In this document: positions 11,940 to 25,633 of the stretch, in pieces
How positions within the stretch are numbered: position 1 is the stretch's first letter
How the letters are laid out: each line of letters starts with the position of its first letter
NCBI GenBank assembly: GCA_964252035.1
Contig: OZ176203.1
DNA length: 64,000 nt
DNA from: Podarcis erhardii
Lineage: Eukaryota
Reading direction: 5' to 3' (one strand)
The notes under the pieces: generated by a model
The model's input: the letters and a program-made list of their open reading frames with translations, nothing else
Told to the model about the DNA's origin: nothing
The model's database searches: none
Made by a program: the position numbers and the translations under genes

Positions 11940-12303
11940 TCCTGGTTCCTCCCAATTCACTGGGAGCCCTGATTTGTGGCAGCATATGCTGTTGGGGAGG
12001 GATGGCAGCCATCACCCTGCGGTGGGGCGCATTTGGCATGCTTCACCCAGCTGTGAGGCTTCCACCCTGGGAGCCAATTGGGACTGGTGCTTTGGACCTG
12101 GGAGAAGACTTCCCATCTTGGGTCTGCTTCCCAGGGTTTAAAAGGAGGCCTGCAACCATTTCCCCTTACCTCGCTATATCTGGAGCAGATAAAGCAAAGC
12201 TTACACACTTGGTTCAATCAAGTCTTGTCCGTGAAAAAGCTTTCCTTTGCCCCATGGCTTACAAAATTACTGTAAATTCTGAGCTTAAACTCTGACTACC
12301 AGC
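11940..12303 (+). mobile_element. Possible 3' part of a degraded LTR
   Basis: GC-rich block with TATA-like TTTAAAA at about 12137, a polyA-like GATAAA at about 12188, and a CA end. The 5' boundary is unresolved. Confidence 0.3.
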
Positions 12304-15300
12304 AGGAAATATATATATTTTTACGTCAATTTTTTAAAAAGCTTTAAAAATGAACCAAAAAGAAACATATAAAATGTGCATAATTTGCTGTCCTACAGAC
12401 TAGTAAAACAGTATTTCAACAGATTGCTCAGTATTTGACAAGTGGAATTATCACCAATAAAACTGACTTCAATCACTTCATCCTCACTTAACTGTTAATT
12501 TCCTTGCTCACACTAGCAACAAAAGGTGCCCTAGTGGCTCCTTCTATGATGAAAACATCTGTCTACTAGGAATAAGATCAGATGGTCAATTCTTTCCACA
12601 CAGCCCACCAAGAGATCTTCACCTGCTAACAATTTCTCATTACTTACTACAAATCTGAGCTAGATTCAAGCTAATGATCTTAAGTAAAAAAACTTTGTAT
12701 CATGTTACCAATATATCGCTTGTAATTTTTCAAATTATTTTTAGAACTTCATTAAACAGAATTGCTTAGAACACAGACATCCAACTTTGCTTATCTGTAA
12801 GACCATTCTCTTCTTTAAAATACCTTTCTGAAATAATTACTAGATGATTTTTATTCTAGGTGTTTTAAGTTAATTTTGGAAGGATTACACATGATGCTTG
12901 AAGGAAATGGTAGCAAAAAAGAATAAAAGCTCTACACTGTGCAATCTATACTTTTAAAAATGCTCTGATGATATGGTACATACAGTGTCAAAAACATAGT
13001 GTTAAACCATAAAGTAAAGACAACTGAAACTTTCATCAATACTCAGCCAGTCAATAAAACTCCAGGGAAAGCCTATGTCCTGGGCAAATATGTTTAAATC
13101 TAATACTGTACCAAATAGAGGACCACAATTTTGGTTAAATCATTGAATTATATGGATTTAACTGAGATAATTCTTGGTGTGAATTTTCCCTGCATGAAAA
13201 GTCCAACAGTCAAGAAGGCGGCTTCTGCACATGCTGTAGACGGAAGTGGGGGTAGATGGGGCTACCCAATCTAGGAAAAGGAAAAGGCTGCCCATTTCTC
13301 ATATAAACTGGGATTAAGTTTCTAATAGCACAAAACTGCTATAGCTCACTAAATAAGAACACACAAACTAGTGATCCTGCCAGATTACAGCTCTTATATT
13401 TTTGCAACATTTACACATAGTTAATTGCCCTGTCTCTATGTAACTCTATTGACAAGGTTTGAAAGTCTTGAAACCTCCAGTGCTGTTTTTCTGAATCTCT
13501 TGCTACAAAGCACACCTCCCCACAGATCTTCCAATCAGTGTAACCATGACAGCTCAAGTTACTGCTCAACATACACATTACAGTACAATGTTGCCTGATG
13601 GATGACACAAGGAGCACTCTATACTGTATGAGCTGGTAAACCTAAAGTGTATCCACACTTCTACCACAATACTTTAAGTCATAACGACAGAGTGTAATGC
13701 AATTTAGAATGAAAACTGTGACATTTTCACATGTACTTCTTCACTGCAGAAATATCACAAACTCAAAGTGACATAATATGTTCACTATAGGAGAGAAGCA
13801 TACTTCAACTTGGGGGAATCCCACCCCCAGTAACTATGATACTGCTACTTTTGAAAAGGCTCAGAAATGCTATCCTCCCTTTCTCCTTAGAATGACTTTA
13901 CATGAAACTAAACTATTATTTAAAATAGCAACTGAAAATAAGTGAAGACAATGAGAGGAACTATGCAAATACCCTACATTCGCTTTTGTAAGACAGACAG
14001 CAAACAATCTTTACTAAAATCCTTCTTTAACACATGCATTAAATTCTTTCTGGCTTGTGCAAAACCACCTAAACAATGTTGCTGCCATGATAAGTATATA
14101 TGTACAAAAGGATTAGCATGCCATCTTCCCACTTACACAATAAGACGAGAAAGCATTCCAATGTATTTTCACCCTGAAAAGGGTAAGGTACCCTTTTTAT
14201 AATGCACAGAGGTTGTGTCAACAGAACTGTCTTAGCAGCTATGCAGCTCTTTATTAGTCTCCAGAAACACACACAGGATTTCTCACTTTTCAGATTTCAA
14301 AGTATCTACAAAAAAGTTAAAAGTAGAAACAATAATTTGCTTCCCAAATTAGGCTCAGAGAATCCTGCAATAAAGGCGCAGCAAGTGTATTCAACTGTAA
14401 ATAAATCCAAAGAGCCTGATCGTTTGTAACACAGCATATTGAATGTCATATAAAGATTCTTTCGCAGAGTCATGAATAATATTCTGCTAAGCGACTGTTG
14501 GTGAAGTCTCTTCTTAAACTACTCCCTTTCCATTTTGACAGCTGAGCTTGAAATACCTCTAGAATTAAATTTGTTAGACATCTGTTGAAGAGCATTATTT
14601 TATTTTATTGCCAAGGGTATTTGCACCCTAAGACTAAGTAACCCCTGGGCTTTCACACCTCAACTGACCATACAGAAAGTTATCTTCCTAGCTATTTTAG
14701 GTTCCCCTTCATTATCTTCTATAAGAACAGTTATTTAAATACATAAACAGCTTATAAAGCACACAAGTTACACTTTAAAAAATGGATGACTTTTTTCTTC
14801 TACAATTTTGCCAAGCGTAACGGGCCTAGTGCATTGCATATACCCAATGGTTAAACTCTATGTGCTTAGCTAAGTCTTCAGAAGGAGCCCAAAGTCAGAA
14901 TCAAACTACTATATTTACCCTGGACTGAAAAATATGCTTAAGAAAATTTCTTGAAGATTTACAGTAGAGAAAATTTGTTTTTCAAAGCACATACATAGCC
15001 CTCAAAAGGAGCGCCACATTACTCTCATGGATCAGTTGCCTTTAGTAACTATTCTTACAGTAAAAGAAACATTCAGGGTCTGTTCTTGGGTATTTTCTGT
15101 TGGCAATGCTGCAGGAAGGAACATGACCTCCTTCGCTCTGTGGCAGGTTAAGCAGTCTGATTGAACATTGGTGCTAATTAAGAGCTCTTGTTGTTTGGCA
15201 GGACCACCAGAGTACCTTCGGCACTTGTTCATGACAGCAGTACCTCTTTCAGAAATTAACACTTGATGAGTACAGACAGGGAACCCAGCTGGTTCTCCTG

Positions 15301-16654
15301 AGTCCTTCAACTATATAAATGAAGTGTAATAAGAACACTGGTGACTACCAAGGGAAGAAAGACTATTCGTGACCTCTTTGTAAAAAAACAGAGTATACTT
15401 TTACATTGACTTAATTTTCTTCACTGGGGTTAGATAATGCAGCTGGGGACTGTACAAATAGAGCCAAATAACAGGAGGCAGACCAAGTTATTCTCGTACC
15501 AAATATTTGGCTTTATTATTAAACCTAAAACATTATTCTTTTTCTAATATCAATTGCACATGAAGAAAAATTACAGGGGGAAATATATGTTTCATAAGGG
15601 AGAAGCATTTACATATGAGTTCCTTTTTCAAATCAAAATGACTAAAATATTTTACTGACACCTGTGATTCTGAGCAGTATCATATAAATTCATTGTGAGC
15701 AAGCCACATATAAACACACACATATGTGCATCTGTGTATATAACACAATCATCCTGGGGAAAGGCAATGTTCCCAAGATTTCAGCTAGCAGATAGTTATA
15801 AAACAGACTTTGTATTATTTTACTAGTTCTTATTTTTGTACCACTTTGCTTCTTGCCCTCAATTAGTCTTAAGGAAGTGGTCCAGGCTATGTATACAGCA
15901 GAATGTGTTGGGAATGAAGTGGCAAATTTCTGAGGTAGATTATTTCTCTGCATTAAAAAAATAAGCTCTCAGGAAACAGAAGACTAGTACAAAGAAGGAA
16001 AAAGTTGCATCAGAAGCTGCCATGTTAGCTTTTTTACTTGTAAGGAATTCCTACATATGTCTTTGTATGAACAGAGATCGTGAAATATGTTTTATCTCTG
16101 AAAGCAGATACTGTATGGGCTTAGGGAACCTGGTCCTAGAATCCCACTGTATCTCAAACAAATCCCAACAATGTAATTACACTACTGACCATACATACCA
16201 AATTACTAACATATTTCTTAAGATTGGTTGAGCGTCGAATTGCTAATGCACAATCAACCTTTGGGGTGATGCCGATGTCCAACTCACACATATTTTGTAC
16301 GGGGCTAGACACAGCCATACTTTGGCAGTGTCTGAAGTCCCAACTGTCGATAAACACTGCAGAATAAAACAGTTAAGTCATATTACCCACTATGTCAGTA
16401 AAACATAACTTATGTCAGTAAAATAGCATTATGCACATAAATGTTTTGAAATTCCCCACTGCCTCCTGGGAGCACAGCCACACAGCTAACAGGAGGCCAG
16501 GTGCATGGTGCTGCCCCTCTCCATCAACCACTCTGTGAACAGAAGGTGCTGAACATAAAAAACTGACATAAGAACACTTACAAATCTCAATTAGTAAGAT
16601 TTCATGCAACTGCACACAATCATAACTTGTTATCTTTATATAGCCTTGTTACCC

Positions 16655-16930
16655 CTTTCTATTGTGGCACCCAGGATGTGGAACTCCCTCCCTAGCAGGT
16701 TTCAACTGGTGCCTTATGTTTTTAAGCTTTATTTTGCTGATCTTTTAGTGTGGGTTAAAGTTTTGTCTTCATAAAGCTTGTTTTATCTCATTATTGGATT
16801 TATTGAACAAAAGGGACATTAGTAATTGGGGTGTTTTTACTGTTGGTATATGAACATTTTTGCTGAGCTGCTTTGAGTTTATTTTATAAAGAGAAGTGGG
16901 GTATAAATGTTTAGATAGATAAATAAATAG
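16655..16930 (+). mobile_element. Old L2 LINE 3' end
   Basis: TCTATTGTGGCACCCAGGATGTGGAACTCCCTCCC is the decayed AFSVVAPxLWNxLP ORF2 end. It is followed by a T-rich UTR and the tail GGGGTATAAATG...ATAAATAAATA. Confidence 0.65.
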
Positions 16931-17356
16931 AAATGTTTCCCTTGTATGTTTACTGACTTCACATTTAAACACAGACACACTCAGTGTCAGGCTATTTTAA
17001 ATAAGATAAGCAGTCTGCTGGCAAGATAAAACTAGGTGTTCCCTCACATCACAACTCTTACATTTTAGGAGGATGCAAACATAATCTGGGAGAAAACTTT
17101 AGAAAGGGGAGTTCCAGTGCTCCAAATTCACTTCATTTCATGGCATAAAGAGTTGCACCAAGCTACAGGATGATGTGTTTCATAACTGAGCTAGGTTTAC
17201 AGAAGGCTAAATATATTTAGCCATAAAGAATTGGGAACTGTTATGAGAGAAACTTCATAACTTTGCTATGATGTTGAATGTTAAAAATATGGCTCAAGGC
17301 TAGAAGGGGGAAGGTTGGATAACTTTGGATAATGCAATTAATAAATGTAAAATAAT

Positions 17357-18234
17357 CACCAAGGAAACTAGCGCTAATACACCCAGGAACCTCACCAAAA
17401 TGCTGGAGAGGGTGCACCTCCTCAGGCACATACCTCCACATGTGGTGGGAGTGTCCCAAAATTCAACTATTCTGGACAACAGCCATACAAGAAATATGTA
17501 AAATAACTAAGCAAGTAATAGACATCACCCCAGAATTGGCCCTACTAAACATCTTCCAAGACAACAATGCCCATTTACACCACAAAGAACTTATAACCCA
17601 CCTGCTCTCAGCAACCAGAAACATCATAACCAGACACTGGAGAGACCTGTCAGGAGTAAGCATGGACCAATGGTACCAAATAGTATGGGAAATAGCCCTA
17701 CTAGAAAAATTAACTAATAAACTGAAACTGACACGGGGACAAACAGAAGAAGACGCCTTCACCCCGGTATGGCTCCCCTTTATCACATACACAGCCCAAC
17801 AGGACAACGACAATAATCCACCAACAGCATACAAATCAATATGGCTAACCTGATCCAAAACACCCACCCACCTCACTCACACACGAAAACAAAGATGACC
17901 ACAGCCAATCACAAGCAAACAATCACACCCTAAGCCAACCCCAACCTCTCTCACCACCAAAGGAACACAAGTGAACAACACAAGCAACGCTGACACCAAA
18001 CTCTACATACATTAAACATAATAGAAACACCGCCACCCGACCCCACCCCCATCCATCCTCCCTCTCCCCACCCCCCCTTTCTTTTTTCTTTCTGTTTTCT
18101 TCTCCCCCTAATGCCTCAACAAATGAAACGGATTTGTAAAAACGTTACATGGAAGAAGAAGAAGAAAAAAACAACGAGGCACTACACTTCTGTAAAACAA
18201 GAAAATCCTTAATAAAAAATATTTTAAAAAAATA
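17357..18234 (+). mobile_element. 5'-truncated L1 LINE (ORF2 C-terminus plus 3' UTR)
   Basis: Open frame PRKLALIHPGTSPKCWRGCTSSGTYLHMWWECPKIQLFW... contains the L1 CCHC zinc knuckle, with its stop at 17853. AATAAA at about 18211, then an A-rich tail. Perfect 17-bp TSD AATAAATGTAAAATAAT at 17340-17356 and 18235-18251. Confidence 0.93.
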
Positions 18235-19571
18235 AATAAATGTAAAATAATAAATCTATTTCTATCTGGGAAGTGGTTGGCCTGGGAAACAAAGTCTACA
18301 GGCAGTACATTTAAGTATGGAAGATGTATATTAGGTGATCACTCATGATGTATTTTTGAAATAAGTGCTGAAAAGTCTGAGGAAAACAGAATGCTAAAGA
18401 ATTCTGAAAGGCAAAAATTCCTGATGTTTCACAGAACTTGTATCATTGACCAGAAGCCTCACTTCTGGACCTGCATCCTGTTGTGCTTCTAGGATCACCT
18501 TTGTATTGATGTCGAGTACCTCATGTGCCTTTTGATGGATATTCCATGAATGCTATTTTAGCATGCTTTGAAGTTCATTTTTATGGACCAACCTAGACCA
18601 ACCATGGCAAAAAGTATTACTGTCTGTAGCAGTAAACTGAAAGCTGCTGCAGGATCAGAAAACTAGAGGCAAAGAAATTGAACAGAGTCTGCTTCATGAA
18701 GTCTAGACCTGCAGGCCTACCAATCTCAAGCCCAAAAGAAAAGGATGCAAGAGACATGAAAGATGAAGGGTAGTAACAAATGGTTTAAGAACTATGGATG
18801 CTTCCGCTTCCAATATTTATACTTCCATTGTAATATCCAATGGGGATTTTTACGAGAAGCAGATGTACAAAGTTCAGACTATGCAGGCTGTGTAAGTATA
18901 TCTAGAAGAGTCCTGAGTCTTTTGCATATTCACTTGCTGACACTTTAATCAATCCAGATTACTGTTTCCTTCATTGGTTATTACATCACTCATGTTGGGG
19001 GCGTGGAGAGAAGGAAGAGGGACTAAATAAAAAACAACAACTCCTTAACAACTGCAATTGGCATACATAACTTGTTGGAAGAAGGAGCAAACACCTTGAT
19101 GCTGTTGAGGTGCTGCATCACAAATACGTTAAATAAGTTCTATCACAGCTCTACCACCTCCACACCACATTCCTTCCTTAGCTACACAACCAACCAATAT
19201 TGTGCAACCAATTTATATTCATTGTTTTGAAGCGAGTAAAGCGAGTAAAAATAAAGTTAGGACACTGATTCAGAAATACTTCATTTATTTAAATATTTGC
19301 ATTATTACACATAATAAATCCAACCATTTTACAAATGTATTCCTAAACGTGGAAAATTTGGAGCGATGTAATATGAAAGGTGATTATAATCTGTCAAACG
19401 CTTTTTTTATGTACAAAAGTCATATCCATGATATGTCTTATTTTTAGTTTCATTGTTTCCTAAAGAGTCCTATCATTAGGTTTCCAAGAGGTTTCTATAA
19501 CTAAGTATGGAGACGTGGAAAAAGATTCGGTATCAGTGATGGCATCAATGATTGTGAGACACAGAAAGGAA

Positions 19572-19673
19572 TGTGTTGTCCTCCAGATGTTGCTGGACTA
19601 CATCTGTCATTCTTTCCATTAGTTATGCTGGATAGGGGTGATGCGAGTCCAGCAACATCTGGAGGGCCACAGG
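19572..19673. mobile_element. Palindromic MITE
   Basis: Arms GTCCTCCAGATGTTGCTGGACT and AGTCCAGCAACATCTGGAGGGC are inverted repeats around a spacer of about 45 nt. Confidence 0.8.
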
Positions 19674-19694
19674 TTCTGCATTACAGAGTATACA

Positions 19695-20330
19695 CTTGGA
19701 GTTTCAGAAGTCCCACACCATGGCTCCGGTGTCTCTTACCAAAGACTTCTCAGAGAGTTTCTTACATACCCTAAAAGAGTGTGTCATAGGACCAAGCAAA
19801 GAAGATGTGGCCCTAGACTTAATCTTAAGTGGCATGTGGGACCTAGTGCAAGATGCAAACAATGACCAAATTGCTTCGAAATTCAACATATATGTAGGTG
19901 GGCAATTGCCAAGTTAGTGCAACATGGTCACATATGACTTCAAAAGCAGAAATTTCTCAAAAATTGGTAAAAAGGGAATTGAAAGGGAAAGGGTTAAGAG
20001 GGTCAAATCTCCCTAGAATGCTTGAGGGCTATTCAAAGCCACCATAATAAAAGCCCTTCTGGAATGTATACTGCAGATTAGGAAAGGTACTGACAAGGCC
20101 AAGAGGATTCCAGTGTCCTTAACAAGGAAAGTCAAGTAAGCTATTAGAGGCAAGATCATGGTGGCTAGCTCAATGAAGATGCTGACCCAGTATGCAACAG
20201 CTGTGGAAATGTGAATAATTCTGGGGACCACAGGAAAAAAATGATGAGTAAAACTAGTTTGAGAAACATGAGGAAAAGGGAGAACTACATCTGAGGTGTA
20301 CACTGGCTGGACTCTGATGGTCAGCTTTTG
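19695..20330 (+). mobile_element. Old CR1 ORF2 fragment (endonuclease C-terminus/linker), degraded
   Basis: ...SFLHTLKECVIGPSKEDVALDLILSGMWDLVQD... resembles the CR1 EN-domain end (EPTRGxAxLDLIL) also seen at 49770. Many stops and frameshifts. Confidence 0.7.
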
Positions 20331-23009
20331 AAGGCACAGGAGAACCTTTAGGAAAAAAGGAGGGAGATATAGAAGGCAACTGTGAGTGTGTGTCTCTTTG
20401 TGTGTACTTTATCTGCTGAATTTCCTCTTTTTCTACTGCAACTTCGAAAGGCTAGGATTGCTGATAGAACTTTAAAGCCCCAGCTGGGTCTCCTCCTGCA
20501 TCTGTATCATCTATACAACATGCAGAAATAAGTCAGGGAGATTCCAGCACATGAAAACAAACATGACTACTGCTAACGTTGTTCAATGAAACAGTTGTTA
20601 CTGACATAGAAGCAGTGGGGGTCAGTAAAAGTTGGAAACTCCATTAAAGACACAGGAGCCCAGTTATGAAAAAGTTGGCAATTCTAACATCTATTCTTAT
20701 TTCACTTAATAGACCTATGATAAGTTGCATGTGAATTCTTGTTCTTCTAAATGGTGGTGTGTTTTTTTATTAATGAGGATATTTCTCTCCCACCTTGAAT
20801 AGGATTTTTCATTTTCAAGTTTGCCTTATGAAGGAGTTGTAACCATAGCCTTCTTAAAATTTATTCATTTTTTAAAAAAACTTTCAGTTTAACATGCCAT
20901 GTTACAGGCTTTCCATATTCACTGAATGTCAGGAAATTACAGTTGTTAAGAGCCATACTTTTAACAGACACAATATTTAGGTAATATTATCCTGTTCCAG
21001 CTTCAGATCTACCTTGGGGTTAGATGAGTGTTAGTGACAACAGTGTCTATTCATCTATTCACATGAAATCTGTGTGACTAAGCTACCACTGCACATAACA
21101 AGTATCCAACTAGCAACCAATACAATGCACATGTTTAATTACTTCCATATTTATAGTATATTGTTTCAGGTTTATTAGTTTCTTATCAGCACAGACTCTT
21201 TGTGGCACTGCTGTTAACAGCTCTGTTTGACAGTTTAGTTACATACTAAAGACATTGTTTATTTCTAATCAACCAATCTTACCTTACAGCATACTGTGAA
21301 CTTCTTATATGTCTACTTTCTGCTTTTGCAACTTTAGCAACTATGCAACTCAAAATAGACGAAAGGAAAGTCAAGGCACACAAGAGAAAAACCTAGGGTA
21401 AGTTGTTTTAATTTTTAAAAGAACTCTTATTCATGTTGTCATTAAAGTACCATTCAATTACTATGGTTTATGGTCAAAAGAAGTCTATTATCTTGCAGGC
21501 TTTCAAGTATAGTTGTGCAATTTGCAAACTGCAATTGGTTAATGAAGCTAAACTTAATTAGTTCAACTTTCTGCAGCTCACATCAAACAATGCTGTTTGA
21601 TATATCCTGCAAGAGGACCAATTCTCCTACAGCTGGCTAAGTGCCACAATGAAAAGGCAGCTATACGTAATTCTGGGAACTGAAATGAGCTGTTTTAAGT
21701 AGAGCTTTTCTTCCATTTTCTGAAACTGCTCTACTCTGACCTTCTCAAAATCAATCCTTTGCGGATTAACATGTAAAGTAGTGTCGAATTAATTTCAGAA
21801 AGCGAATATGAGATCAGCCTAGGATCATACAAAACACCTAACTCCTAAATACACTAATGCTTCTAGAAGCTCAATGAGAAGCTGTCAATAAAAAGGGAGG
21901 GGGGGACCAAGGAGGATTTGAAGCATGGAGCAATCTATCAGGCTAGTTAGAGCTTTGCCTACTTCTGTGGCATAGCTAATGCATTCCTCTAGAAGTTAAT
22001 CCTATTTCTAAAGGCCCTCCCGAGAGGAGCACATAGGCCGTGCCGAATGAGAACTAAAATGCATTAAAATTCTAAACGACGTCACCAAAAGGCACACTAT
22101 TGGATTGTGAATGTCGACAATAAGATGGTTCATTAAAGTACAAGGTCTTAAAAAGGTTCATTTTTATATTTGGCAGGAAAATACAGGCACATTTAGGAAA
22201 CACTAAACAGTTTCATCTTGAATACTGTCCCTTAATGAGACAATATCACACAAAATTATAAAAACAATAGAAAAAGAATAGAAAGCATGCACTTTAAAGT
22301 TTTTAAATTGTTTTATGAGTCACCCAGAACTTACGTTATGGGCAGCTAAATAGATTCTGTAACCAACTAACTACTTTGGATGGAAATGTATCATAACAGT
22401 GTAATGAAATCTACTCTAACTTCCCTAGGATATGTTTCATTCCCTATACAATTTTCAAAAGATGTAAGATATTCACAGTTCTTAAGACTTGTTTTACTTA
22501 ATTTAGCTCTTTGCAATGTGTGGGTTTTAAAATTATTGTTGTTAAGTTGTATTTATATGTTGCGTTAAGGCCCCCAAAGCAATGAACTGCAAGTAATACG
22601 ATAGAAATAATTAATAAAAATGCAGTATATCAACCAAAATAATTGTTTGGTTTAGAATGCCTTGGGCAAGATAACATAAGGAACATATTTAATAAAATAA
22701 ATAAATAATAATAGTATAAAATAACAAGATCAGCAAGCATAAATCAATCATACTGGATATATGTTAGAAACACCAACCATGTGGCAAAGAAACAGAAAGG
22801 CAATTGATCAAGCCACTCTTCTCACCCTTTTTATCTGACCCATGGGAGTGTCCTTATACCATAACTCCTCCTTAGATCATGTACCCTCTCCCACGACCAC
22901 ATCTCTCAGAGGCACTGCTCCATGCCTTCCTTGAATGCTTTTGTCTGACTAGAACATGTTCTGGAACTATAATATTGCCCCTTGCGCGCCTGGATGGAAA
23001 TGTGTCGGA

Positions 23010-23030
23010 GTGTGTGTGTGTGTGTGTGTG
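23010..23030. repeat. (GT)n microsatellite
   Basis: About 10 GT units. Confidence 0.95.
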
Positions 23031-24585
23031 AACTATACGTGGCTGAAATGTAGCCTTCTGTATAAAGTTAAGATTCACTGCAATGTCCACTTCTGCCCTG
23101 CCCCTGCCAAAACCTTCCACTGGAAGGAAATGCAACCCCTGGGCTGAAAAGGGGTGCGCCCCACCCCTGCATTAGGTTGTAGATGTCTGCCACTGGTCAT
23201 TGTTTTGTGCCCTGGAATATGTCATGGTAGAAAGCCCCATGCAGATCTACACTCATCAAGAAGGTTGCATATATCTTGGAGCAAGAATAGCTATACTAGT
23301 ATTTTGTTGAACTGTTACATCAGATGAGACGGAGAGGTGGCAACTTCCTTAATCCTAAAACAAATTAATTTAAGAGAAAAAACAAAACAATTTGGCCAGA
23401 AAATACTGAGATCAAAGTTGAAAAAGTGTGTTTTCCTATTCGAACACTTATATACAGGAATGGGTATCTTCTTTCCCCCTGAGTGGTAGCTAAGTTTGCA
23501 CTTAATTTTCCACAGCAGAATATCAATTACTATCAGATTGCCAAGGTAAGCCAATTAGAGAACAACACTACATTCAAAGTGACTAAAAAGGGGGTCATCA
23601 TAACCTACAAAGTTAAGTGTTATCGAACTGCCTTATAAAAATGGTCACATATCACAGGAATCAGATTGGTCATATGTGCTGATTAGACATTTTTATTGTT
23701 TATGAAGCTCTTCAAAGTATTACGTTAGATAGAACTGTACTCAAAACATAAATTTATAAATGAAATATTTTAACAGGGCAGGTTTTCTCAGTTTTATTCT
23801 GTTATGTAATGAAAACATCACCTTAATGTAAAACTTAGCTGTATACTCTTGTTAAAATAATTTGGTTGAATTTGTAACAACTGTGAGCTCAGTTCTTTTC
23901 ACCAAATGGTACTTACCTTCCCTCTCCTTCTCTTACAACCTCTGCATCCCCTAAAAGGTTAGTCTTAAGGGTTGGGGGATGTGAGGGAATGGTATGAGCT
24001 TATAGCAGATGAAAATGAGAGACAGCAGAAATAATAGATCTTTCCTTATTTCATTCACACCAGACACCATATGATTCAAACTATACTCAAGCAACAGGAG
24101 GATTGCTAAAACCAGGGTTTCTGTTTTCCCCAATTTATCTACAGTCAATTTGAATTTGAAGTATGAATAGTTCATTATTTTAACATCCAAATGAATCTGC
24201 ATTAAAAGCAGAGGACCTGTGGTTCAAAAGAAGGTGCAACTAAGGGCAGTTGTGAGAATTAAGGTGGGTAAATATTTGGTGACAGATTATGTTCTTATTT
24301 AACCAATGTATTGTACTACATACATGTGTACAGTTAGAGAGTACTGGACTAATATAAGTACAAAATAATGATGAAAGCAGGAGCAAGGGAAGAAACATGA
24401 ATGGAAAAACTAGATTTGTTACTTTATATCTTCTTTCAGAGTGTTCTTGACACAAGTATTCTTGCCTTTTTTATATTGTGCAGTATTTGTCATCTGACTT
24501 GAACCAAGCATTGTCTATATACTAAAAAGAGCATTCTCTCATTTTCTCTTAAGAGAACCAACTATCCCGAGCAGAGTGTTTAAAT

Positions 24586-24837
24586 CAGAGGTTGGCAAGG
24601 TTTACCTCGCCTAGGCCGGTTCACTCCAGCGGAGATCCCTCCATGGGCCTGATTGTGTCGTCTGCGCAGATGCGATTCCTGGCGTCTGCGCAGATGCAAT
24701 TTCCAGTGCTGCAGAAGCGAGTCCCTGCGCCAGTTTCGCGCAGCGTACAGGGACTTGCCAAGCGGGTGGCTCGGTTTGGGGGCAGCATGTAGGCTGGTTA
24801 AACGACCCCCGTGGGCCGCTTAGGTTGCTGACCTCTG
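24586..24837. mobile_element. hAT-superfamily MITE
   Basis: TIRs CAGAGGTTGGCAA...TTGCTGACCTCTG with an identical 8-bp TSD GTTTAAAT at 24578-24585 and 24838-24845. CpG-rich, with an internal duplication of GTCTGCGCAGATGC. Confidence 0.92.
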
Positions 24838-24856
24838 GTTTAAATGATTCTTCAGT

Positions 24857-25050
24857 TAGGGCATTTTTAGTAGTCTCACCCGCCCTGTGAAATACCCTCC
24901 CATCAGATGTCAACCACCTGACTTTTAGAAGACTTCTGAAGGCAGCCCTGTATAGGGAAGTTTTTAATGATTGATGTTTTACTGTGTTTTAATTTGTTGG
25001 AAGACACCTAGAGAGACTGGTGTAACCAGTCAGATGGGTGGCAAACAAAC
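24857..25050 (+). mobile_element. L2 LINE 3' end fragment
   Basis: Homologous to 28495-28710 and 59915-60095 (CCCTCCCATCAGATGTCAA...GAAGGCAGCCCTGT.TAGGGAAGTTTTTAATG). Confidence 0.85.
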
Positions 25051-25392
25051 CAAGAAAACATTTTTACATATATTGTTTCCAAATGTGTCTCTGAATGACC
25101 AGGATAGGCTGCAGTCAAGAGACAGCAAGCCTCTGGAGTTAGAAGATTTAAGAAAAGCTCTATTTGACCAGGCCAGAATTCCATGTATTCCAGCAACCTA
25201 TTTCTAACAGTGGCTGGTGAGATGCTTCTGAGAAGCCCTCAAGGAAGTTAAAAACAACACCCACCACTCTGAGAATTGGGGGAAGGGGAGCTCCTGCTTG
25301 CCAGTACAATACTAAAATTGAGTATTGTGATTTTATCCTCACACAAACCTTTCGGAACTGGTTCACTGAATGCTATGGAAAACACCTTCATA

Positions 25393-25633
25393 CAGTGGTA
25401 CCTTGAGTTACAAACACCTCAGGTTACAAATGCTTCACGTTACAAACTCTGCTAACCTGGAAGAGTTACCTCGAGTTGAGAACTTTGCCCCAGGATGAGA
25501 ATGGAAATCGTGTGCTGGCGGCGCAGCGACAGCAAGAGGCCCCATTAGCGAAAGCACACCTCTAGTTAAGAACAGTTTCAGGTTAAGAGCGGACCTCCAG
25601 AACGAATTAAATTTGTAACTAGAGGTACCACTG
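25393..25633. mobile_element. Tigger/pogo-like MITE
   Basis: TA|CAGTGGTACCTTGAGTTACAAA...TTTGTAACTAGAGGTACCACTG|TA: TIRs plus TA TSD. Confidence 0.9.

Noticed and set aside
11828-12295. 155-aa plus-strand ORF
   Set aside because: It spans an antisense CR1 UTR and an adjacent GC-rich fragment, and has no protein-family signature.
23917-24196. Possible 280-nt cassette exon on the minus strand (TTTTAATGCAG|...AAG|GTAAGT)
   Set aside because: The donor is perfect but the polypyrimidine tract is weak, there is an early stop in the HLCS frame, and there is no homology. Such pairs are expected by chance in 52 kb.
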